Of a DNA stretch of 64,000 bases, positions 37,665-45,800 are shown in pieces. Position 1 is the stretch's first letter. The number at the start of each line of letters is the position of its first letter. The stretch is taken from positions 32,001 through 96,000 of IMG/VR virus record IMGVR_UViG_3300007504_000003. One strand, written 5' to 3'. This DNA is from a virus. The notes beneath the pieces were generated by a model. That model was not told the origin of the DNA and searched no databases. It saw only the letters and a program-made list of their open reading frames with translations. The position numbers were made by a program, and so were the translations under genes.

Positions 37665-40600
37665 GACCTGTCGGTCTGCGGGTGGCAGCAAGGTGCTCTT
37701 CTACATAGGGCATCGGCCTGCTCGACCTGTCCCGAAGCGGACCTCCTGGGTAGACCGGGGACAAGAGGGGCCTGATTGGGTCCGACCCTGGTTGGATTCC
37801 CCGGTTCAGGCTGGCGTCTTTCTTACGACCAACCCGTTTAATGTAGCGACAGAGCACGGCATCATGGGCCACGTCTATGCCTATCAGGTCCCTCGGTGGG
37901 TCCTGAAGGAAGCCGGTGGTCTCCAGCGGTATGACCACGCGACCGAGGTGCTGATTCCGGAGCCCTTGTGGGAGCACGTCAAGTTTCTGGGGAAGTCTCT
38001 GGACAAGGGGGCTTTCAGGCAGCGGGTTTTAGAAGGCCAGAATGAGCGAGCCTTCGCGCCTCATAATCTGGCTGTAGGGCTCGGTGAGGCAAGAGAGGTT
38101 TACATGAGGCCGAAACCCCAGAGGGTTGCTTTCCGGTACCTTCAGTCTTCTGATATCGCGGAGCGGGTCGCCGCTCGTTACCAGAAGAAGAAGGAAGTTC
38201 CGAAGGCGAAGGGCGAGGGGACCACCACGGTGTACGAGTACAGCGAGGGTCAGGTTCAGCACCGGAATCGGGAGAAGGCGAAGCGGATTGAGAAGCTCCG
38301 CACGGGAATCGGGAAGCTGCGAGCCAAGGTCAAGGGAGACCTCACCTCGTCAGACGATAAGACCCGTTTGACAGCCCTGGCTGTGGCTTTGATGGACGAG
38401 ACCTATGAGCGGGTTGGGAATGACCAATCGGCTAAGGAGGGCCATTTCGGGGTCACTGGCTGGCAAGCCAAGCATGTGAAGTTCAGCGGGGGGAAGGCGA
38501 CCATTTCCTACGTTGGAAAATCCGGTGTCCGTCAGAAGAAAGAGGTCACCACTGCGAAGGTGGTCTCGGCACTCAAGCGGGCGATGAAAGGCAAGTCCGG
38601 GACCACGCAGGTGCTCTGCGAGGGGGATGACTGTCGGGTTCTGGCTCAGGACGTCAACGGCTACTTGAAGCCTTTCAACATCACGGCGAAGGATATCCGT
38701 GGGCTCCACGCCAATGAGGAAGTCAAGACCCGACTGAAGGAAGTCCGCAGGAAGGGCGGCAAGCTCCCGACCGATCCGAAGAAGAAGGCTGAGAAGCTCA
38801 AGGCGGAGTTCAAGGAAGCCTTGGAAGCCGCCGCTTCGGCTGTCGGTCACCAGCCCGGCACCCTCAAGAGTCAGTACCTCGTACCTGGAGTAGAGCAGAC
38901 CTTCCTGAAGGATGGCTCTGTTTCCGTGAAGCACGCCTCCAGCCGGGTCGCGATTATCAATCTCAACCACGCCACGGATGGGGAGAAGGGAGACCACTCC
39001 CTACGTGGAGTGGCTGGGTTGATCTCCAGTCTCACCTACTATGAGCGGGCTCTGGTTCAGGATATGCTGGTTCACGATCAGCCAATCCGGAAGGGGAAGG
39101 AGGGGTATTCTCTTCGCGGCCACCCCGTCATGTCTGATGCTGTAGGTGAGCTGGTCGCCGCGGGCTATCTGGAGGGGGAGGGGGAGGTCCGGCTCTCGGG
39201 GTTGTTCCTGGCGAAAAAGAAGCTCTACAAGAAAGAAGCTTCCCTGGACCGGGCGGCGGAGGCTTTTCTGTCTTCTGCCCCGGAGAAGTGGGGTCGGGCA
39301 GATCTCCTGGCTTTCACTCGGGTCGATCCCTGGTTCCAGGCGATGACTCTCCCCTCACGAGTCGCAGCGGCGGGTGAGTTGTTTGGTCGGGTTCTCCGAG
39401 CGGGTGTCATGGATCGCTCACATCCCCAGGCGGTAGCCTGGGTGGAGTCGTTTTTTCAGCGGCATCCAGCTCTGCGTCGCTACCAGGGGATTCCGGTTCT
39501 CCACGTCTCCTCGCCGGGGTCGGGTTCGCATCCCGAGGCTCGTCAGACCTATCGGGGGATTGAGCTGTATCCGAAGTTCTGGGGTCACTCCACGGAAATC
39601 CAGGACTTCATCTTCGCGCATGAGATCGGTCACGCGGTTCGATCGGAGTGGGGCTTGGCTTTTGGCGTGGCTGCTGCTGCTCTTGGGATTGACCCGTGGG
39701 ATACACCGAATCTCCCCTTCGGTCAGTTCAATCAGGACGAGGCCTTCGCGGATTCCTTCGCCAGTTATTTCACGGATGGGGATGTAGGTCGGAGGTATCC
39801 GGCGTGGAGTCGGCTCGTAGAGGAGGGGCTCCGGATTCGGGTAGGGAAGAAATCCCCCGCGGACAAAGAGGATGCCGAGGTAGAGCGGCTGGTGAGGCCC
39901 TCGCCTAAGAAGAAGCCGCCGCGGAAGGACAAGAGACGAGAGCAAATTCGTGAGGAGGATCGGGACACGGACGGAGACCGGGACACCAAGCGAGACAAGG
40001 ATATGAGCCTCAACTACAAGGATAGCGTCAGCCGGGTGGCGGCTCGTTATCTGGAGGCCCTCCGCGTCAAGACGGTTCGGGTCTTGAATACGGATACCGG
40101 GAAGATGGAGAACATCTCTCCGGAGCGGTTCCAGAGGAACCCGGGGAAGTACAAGCTGTGGCGGGACATGTCCCCCGAGGAAAAGGACAAGAATAGGCTC
40201 CGTAAGAAGCCTCCGGTTGAGGAGACTCCCCAGGAGGAAGAGGCGGAAGAAGCTCCTCAGGAAGAGGAGGGAGGAGAGGAGGGGGAAGAGGAGGAAGAAG
40301 AGGCCCCCCAGGAAGAAGAGGCCCCCCAGGAGGAAGAGGTTTCCCAGGAGGAAGAGGTTTCCCAGGAAGAAGAATCTACGAGTGACCCGGACACGGAGGA
40401 CTACGAGGATGTGTCTTCCCTGCTGGAGGAGATCCCGGAGTCTCTGACTCCGGAGCAGAAGGCAATTCGCCGGAGCGAGTTGGTTGAGGCTGCCTTGTCC
40501 GTGATGACGAACAAGTTGGCGGCTGCTGAGAAGGAAGTGGCTGAACTGGAGGAGTCCCTGGATTCCCTTTTGGCTGACCCTGCCACGACCAGTAAGCAAA

Positions 40601-41694
40601 AGGCGTCTGCGAAGCAGAAGCTCCAGGCAGCGGTGAAGGGCCGCAACGAGATGAAGAAGGAGGTGTCCCGCCTCCAGAGCCGTCGGGACACCCTGGAGTC
40701 CGAGCGGCAGCAGAGAGAAGACGCTGCGGCTGCAAAGAAGATGAAGTCTGAGCGAGCCAAGGCTCTACAGGACTTGGTCGGTCAGGTCGGCGGCATGGTG
40801 GATCGTCTGGATGATCCTGGCGGGGATTTCACTGACCCGCTGGAGGTCGGTCAGATGTTCTACAAGGAAATCTCTGGTCTGACCCCAGCAGAATCTCAGA
40901 GCCTCGTCGATCAGATCCAGGACCGAGTCCGGGAGCTTCCGGGAGAGGAGTCCGTTCTCCGGGCAGGGTATGTGGCTGCCCTCGACGCGGTGGAGGTTGC
41001 GTCTATCGTTCGTGGTCAAGAAGTCGCCATTGAGGGGCGTTCCCCGCTGATGCAGATGGCTCACCGTCTTCTGAAGACGGTCGCGAAAATCCCTGGAAAG
41101 GAGGTTGACCTTCTTGGAGTGGGTCGCGGGGTCGGGTCAGGCTCCTGGGTTGGGATTTCGGACCAGATTAAGAACCTCTCCCATGAGGATCTGGTCCGGG
41201 TGGTAGGGGCTGACTCGGACCAACACCCCTTTTCCGGCATGGCGAAGTTCTTGCTGGACTCTGAGGCTCCTGATGAGCGGAAGGCGATGGCTCGCCAATG
41301 GATGCAAGATGCCGCCTTGGACGCTTTTGGTTTGCTCTCCCCGGTGGCAGAGGAGATCGTTCAGGACAGTCGGGATCTGGGTTCCGGAGCGGGTGAGGAA
41401 TTGGTGATAGAGGTGCAGGAGGCATACGCCGGCACCTGGGCTGCCGTGGAGGGTGGGGGCGACAGCGACGACCAAGAAGAGGCCGATCTTTACTCTTTTG
41501 AGGACCCTCTTCAGGAAACCCTGGGGAGCCCGGAGAAGCAGGAGGTCTCGCGCTTGGATAGCCTTCAACGTGTTCTGGACATGCTCCAGAAGCGGTTTGA
41601 GGGGGTTCGTACACGGACTATGAAAGTAATCGAGGCCCTCCTCATTAAGGGGGATCCGGACGTGGGTCCGGTCTCGTTCAACCGAGCAACCTAA
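37657..41694 (+). CDS. polyvalent protein: ART-like + topoisomerase IB + HExxH domain + acidic linker + coiled coil
   Basis: TopIB residues RVGN, GKSG, KDIR, GH...QY; FAHEIGH...DEAFADSF; three RVAxRY tags. Confidence 0.82.
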   Translation: MSETCRSAGGSKVLFYIGHRPARPVPKRTSWVDRGQEGPDWVRPWLDSPVQAGVFLTTNPFNVATEHGIMGHVYAYQVPRWVLKEAGGLQRYDHATEVLIPEPLWEHVKFLGKSLDKGAFRQRVLEGQNERAFAPHNLAVGLGEAREVYMRPKPQRVAFRYLQSSDIAERVAARYQKKKEVPKAKGEGTTTVYEYSEGQVQHRNREKAKRIEKLRTGIGKLRAKVKGDLTSSDDKTRLTALAVALMDETYERVGNDQSAKEGHFGVTGWQAKHVKFSGGKATISYVGKSGVRQKKEVTTAKVVSALKRAMKGKSGTTQVLCEGDDCRVLAQDVNGYLKPFNITAKDIRGLHANEEVKTRLKEVRRKGGKLPTDPKKKAEKLKAEFKEALEAAASAVGHQPGTLKSQYLVPGVEQTFLKDGSVSVKHASSRVAIINLNHATDGEKGDHSLRGVAGLISSLTYYERALVQDMLVHDQPIRKGKEGYSLRGHPVMSDAVGELVAAGYLEGEGEVRLSGLFLAKKKLYKKEASLDRAAEAFLSSAPEKWGRADLLAFTRVDPWFQAMTLPSRVAAAGELFGRVLRAGVMDRSHPQAVAWVESFFQRHPALRRYQGIPVLHVSSPGSGSHPEARQTYRGIELYPKFWGHSTEIQDFIFAHEIGHAVRSEWGLAFGVAAAALGIDPWDTPNLPFGQFNQDEAFADSFASYFTDGDVGRRYPAWSRLVEEGLRIRVGKKSPADKEDAEVERLVRPSPKKKPPRKDKRREQIREEDRDTDGDRDTKRDKDMSLNYKDSVSRVAARYLEALRVKTVRVLNTDTGKMENISPERFQRNPGKYKLWRDMSPEEKDKNRLRKKPPVEETPQEEEAEEAPQEEEGGEEGEEEEEEAPQEEEAPQEEEVSQEEEVSQEEESTSDPDTEDYEDVSSLLEEIPESLTPEQKAIRRSELVEAALSVMTNKLAAAEKEVAELEESLDSLLADPATTSKQKASAKQKLQAAVKGRNEMKKEVSRLQSRRDTLESERQQREDAAAAKKMKSERAKALQDLVGQVGGMVDRLDDPGGDFTDPLEVGQMFYKEISGLTPAESQSLVDQIQDRVRELPGEESVLRAGYVAALDAVEVASIVRGQEVAIEGRSPLMQMAHRLLKTVAKIPGKEVDLLGVGRGVGSGSWVGISDQIKNLSHEDLVRVVGADSDQHPFSGMAKFLLDSEAPDERKAMARQWMQDAALDAFGLLSPVAEEIVQDSRDLGSGAGEELVIEVQEAYAGTWAAVEGGGDSDDQEEADLYSFEDPLQETLGSPEKQEVSRLDSLQRVLDMLQKRFEGVRTRTMKVIEALLIKGDPDVGPVSFNRAT
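40303..40374 (+). repeat. four in-frame 18-nt tandem repeats (A/V-P/S-QEEE)
   Basis: gccccccaggaagaagag / gccccccaggaggaagag / gtttcccaggaggaagag / gtttcccaggaagaagaa. Confidence 0.9.
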
Positions 41695-41771
41695 TCTTCT
41701 AAAGGGGCTCGGGAGTTAGGTCTGCGGGTACTCAGACCGCCCTCCGTAAATAACTGCGGGTAACTTTGGCG

Positions 41772-41784
41772 GTATTCTCCTTAT
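41772..41784 (+). promoter_or_regulatory. putative late promoter motif TA-N6-YTAT
   Basis: GTATTCTCCTTAT upstream of 41854; a second CTATAG follows at 41793. Confidence 0.5.
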
Positions 41785-41853
41785 AGCCCTCTCTATAGGT
41801 CAGACAGCAGTAAACCCCTGCTTGCGTATGAGCATGACCTGTGGAGATAGCAA

Positions 41854-42363
41854 ATGGCGAAGCTGACCCTTGCGGGTGCTAAGCGAGTCACGGCTGATAT
41901 GGAGCGGATCGCTGAGGTTGTTCAGCGTGAGTTTGCTGTTCTCGGGATTCCCGAGAAGGTGGCGATGGATTACGCCTATCGGACAGACCTCCTTTCGGAT
42001 CGGATTGAGAAGGTCGCAGCGGACAACGCAGCGTCTATCGCTCCGGATGAGATCGGGGAGATCAAGCCCGGTCCTGAGGAGATGGAGTCGGACGAGTCCT
42101 ATATGAAGGGGCAGTTCACTCAGGTGGACAACGAGGAGCTGAGCCGCAAGCAAGAGTCGGGTCGGCTTGCTCGCCTCAAGGAGCTACAGGCGTCCCTGGC
42201 GACACTCCAGGGGGAGATTCAAGTTCTCCAGGCCGGTTCAGAGGATTCTGAGAAGAAGGAAGCTGCGGCGGAGCCTGTTGAGGAGAAGGAAGCTTCCACT
42301 CCTCCCACGGAGAAGGAGGCTTCCGAAGCCCCTTTTAGCCACGGCTACAACCTCTTCGCCTGA
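41854..42363 (+). CDS. acidic head-assembly/internal scaffolding-like protein
   Basis: First gene of the head operon; coiled coil; KVAA, KEAA and KEAS sites. Confidence 0.5.
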   Translation: MAKLTLAGAKRVTADMERIAEVVQREFAVLGIPEKVAMDYAYRTDLLSDRIEKVAADNAASIAPDEIGEIKPGPEEMESDESYMKGQFTQVDNEELSRKQESGRLARLKELQASLATLQGEIQVLQAGSEDSEKKEAAAEPVEEKEASTPPTEKEASEAPFSHGYNLFA

Positions 42364-42372
42364 GTTCTACGG

Positions 42373-42888
42373 ATGGTCCGTTCCGCCCTCGATTACCAGT
42401 CTCTTGCTCGCGATTTCAGCGAGGGAGACATGGTGTCCGTGGTCCGGACCCCAAACTCTCGGGGTCGGGTGACCGAGGTCTACCAGGGGATCGGGATGGT
42501 TGACGTGAAGTTCCCCACGGGGACTATCCGTTACCCGGTGGAAGACCTCATGCGGCTGGACCAGAGCAACGCGGAGGTGGCTCCTCCGAAGGACCGGGAA
42601 GCGTCCCGTGCCCCCAACCCGGAGAGGGTTGCTAAGGCGTTTGCTCGTAAGGCGATCTATTGGGCTTCCCGAGATCGCCAGTACCGGGCAACCAGGGGCG
42701 AGCAAGACTCTCGCAGCTACGCCTGTCCTCGGTGCGGTTCGTCCCTGAAAGCCATGATCTACAAGCGGGAAGAGGGCCGGAGCCAGCGGCTCTATGGCTG
42801 CTCTGGGCACGAGTGCTCGTTCTTGATCAAGCCCACAGCCATCCATGGGTGTCACCTCAATGGTTGTGATGAGGAGGCTGGGCTCTGA
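42373..42888 (+). CDS. SH3-like + zinc-ribbon protein
   Basis: EGDMVSVV...GRVTEV...VDVKFP; CPRCG...CSGHEC. Confidence 0.65.
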   Translation: MVRSALDYQSLARDFSEGDMVSVVRTPNSRGRVTEVYQGIGMVDVKFPTGTIRYPVEDLMRLDQSNAEVAPPKDREASRAPNPERVAKAFARKAIYWASRDRQYRATRGEQDSRSYACPRCGSSLKAMIYKREEGRSQRLYGCSGHECSFLIKPTAIHGCHLNGCDEEAGL

Positions 42889-45800
42889 TGGCTTTCCGTA
42901 AGTTCGCCAACGCCAGGGTCACACACCCGCGAATCTCTTCCCGGGGCTGGGGTCGGGTGCGGACTGCGGCTCGGAAGAAGGGCGGCGCGTCCCCGATTGC
43001 CTCTCATGATCTCGCCTCTCGGGCGTCAGAGATTCTCGGGGAGCGGTTCGACCCTGATCGGTATCTCCTCTCCCACGCTACGATCGTGGCTTCGGTGGAT
43101 GTGGAGGAGGTCCAGGGCGCCAAGCTGGGCAAGGTGCGGGTGGGCAGCAAGACCATCGATCGTCGATGGGGTGCTTACTACATCAATCCGGCGTGCTCTG
43201 ATCTGGTCAACAACAACGGGGATGCGTGGTCGAGGAAGGTGCTCCTGGCGAGCTACCCCACGTTCATTGGTTCCCACAACTTCTGCTTCGCGGCTGGTAC
43301 CGGCATTCTCCTGTCGGATGGCACTTACAAGGCTATCGAGGAAGTCCAGGTGGGGGACCGTGTGGTAACCCATACGGGTGCTTGTCAGGCAGTAACTCAT
43401 AAGTTCGAGCGGGATTACGAAGGGGACATTCACGCTATCGGATTCGACCGATTTAAGGATCCGGTGTTGGTGACGGGCAACCATCCCTTCCGAGGGATTC
43501 AAGTCTCTTCGGCACCCGTCAAACCACGGTCAGGTTCCAAGGCGTCCAGCACTACCCGTTATTACAAAGATCAGGTGGCTAAGGCTCTACGGGGCGACAA
43601 GCACTCTCTCAAGGATTTCAAGGCTGAATCCACTTGGGTTCGTGCTGATCAGATGCGGGTAGGGGACCGGGTTCTGGGTCCCGTCCGAGAGGCTGGCACT
43701 CATTCGGATCCGGGCCTAGCTGAGTTGCTAGGGTACTACTTGGCTGAGGGATGCCCTTTGTCTCCGAGTTCGGATCAGGGCTTCGTGCTCGCCTTCGGGC
43801 ACCACGAAGTTGATCTGGCTCGCCGTGCTGAGTCTCTGGCTTACGCAGTGCTGAACCCAAGCTCCGTGACGGTGGCTACGGTTCAGACCGGCATTCAAGT
43901 GCGGGTATACTCCGCGGAGGCATCCCGTCGAATGGTGTCCCTGGGCGGGCACCGGGCTGCGGATAAGCGGCTGTCGGAAGAGGTTTTCTCCTGGGATGAG
44001 GAGTCCTTGCTCCGTCTCCTGGCCGCTTGGTTGGCTGGGGACGGGAACCTCCATAAGGCCACCCTTCGTCTGCGTGGAACCACCACCTCTGAAGCTCTCG
44101 CTCAGCAAATGCAGCGGGTGGCTGAGCTGGCTGGTGTCAAGTCTTTTGTTATGTTTGAGCCCCAGAAGATTGGGGAAGTCCAGAGTCGTGTTGTGATGAC
44201 CATCGGGGGCGAAGATAGGTCCTTTGATGTAGTTCCTCGTCACCACGTCTGGACGCTGGTTGTCTCCAAGGGCTCTACTTCGCAAGTGGCTTCGGCAACC
44301 CCAAGGTGGGGCACCCCGTTGTTTGATGCGACGGCGAAGCGGAAGCGGTCGGAGTTGGCTTGGTGGGGTGGCTGCCGCACTCATCGAGTGGCTTCTAATG
44401 AGACTCTTCCTTTCCGTGGAAAGGTCTACAATATTGAGGTCGAGGGCGATCACAGCTACGTTATCGATTACGGAATCGCAGTACATAACTGCGAGCATGT
44501 CCAGGTAGAGGAGCTGTCCAAGGGCAGGATTATCGACGCCGCCGCGAGGGATATCGGTCGGTCGGTCTACGTGGATATTCTGGTCGCGACTGACCGGAAG
44601 CACACCCAGCTTGTCACGGATATTGAATCCGGGAAGATGGGCACGCTCTCGATGGGCTGCACAACCCAGACGACTCAGTGTACGAAGTGCGGCAACGTCG
44701 CCGTGGATGACACGGATACCTGCGACTGCATCCGGTACCACAAACTCGATACCTTCTACGACAGTCAAGGTCAGCGTCGAGTCATCGCGGAGCTGTGTTT
44801 CCCTCCTGGCATCCGAGTCTCAATCGGAGATGGGAGTCGGGTAGCCATTGAGGATCTCCAAGTTGGGGATGTGGTTCTCTCCCACACGGGGCACCGACGT
44901 GAGGTCGTTGAGATTTTCGAGCGGGACTTTGATGGTGATCTGGTAGCCTTGGACTTGGTGGGTCTCCCGCAAACGCTACGGAGCACCCCCAACCACCCCT
45001 TCTGGGTTATCAGCCAGAATGATGTGTGTGCCTGTGGTTGCGGCATCAAGCTTAAGAGCGTCCGCAAGACCTTTGCACGGGGGGAATATACTCGTAAGTA
45101 TGCCCCAGGGCACAACCCTACGAATGTCGTGTCCTTGGATGCGCCCTCTTTTGACTTTGTCGAAGCCGGGAACGTGAGGGTTGGGGACATGGTGGCGATG
45201 CCGGCCCCGCAGGGTGTGGTGGTTCCGGAGGATGTGGATGAGGACAGGGCACGGCTCCTGGGATGGTTCTTGGCTGAGGGCTGCTACATCAAGAAGGATG
45301 GGCAGCGGGTGGGCATTCAACTCACCCTTAATGCAGAGGATGAGGTGGGTGTTGCGGAAGCCCTGGCTTCCCTCCTGAGCAAGTGCTTTACTCCCGAGTT
45401 CAACCTCCAGAAGGCCACGAAGGTCCGGCTGTTGGAAGCTCTGGCGATCCCCGCAACGACTCGACAGGTTTCTCGTAGATTGGGGTTGCGAGAGAAGACA
45501 ATTCAACTGGCTTTGTCGGGGCTCAGGTCAGAGGGACTCGTTTCGAGTCGGAGGCTTCGTGCTTCGGAGAAGACGCAATTCGGGGCCTCCGGGACCAACG
45601 CTCTCGTGTGGGAGCGGCTGAGTGGTGCTCCGGCTGATTGGTTTAATCTAGCCCGGGTTCATTGCTTTGACCGGGTTGCGGAGCCCGGCAAGAAGTTGGT
45701 CGTCTGCTATACGAACCGAAGTGCTGCCGACTGGTTCTATAAGCACGCCGGGGAGTATTCCGGTTCCAAGAGGCTCTCGGAGGATGCAATTCTCTGGCCC

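Noticed and set aside
41695-41853. Riboswitch or ncRNA in the leader of the head operon
   Set aside because: Only short stems (ggtctg/cagacc, ggtca/tgacc) and no recognisable aptamer; explained adequately as a promoter region.
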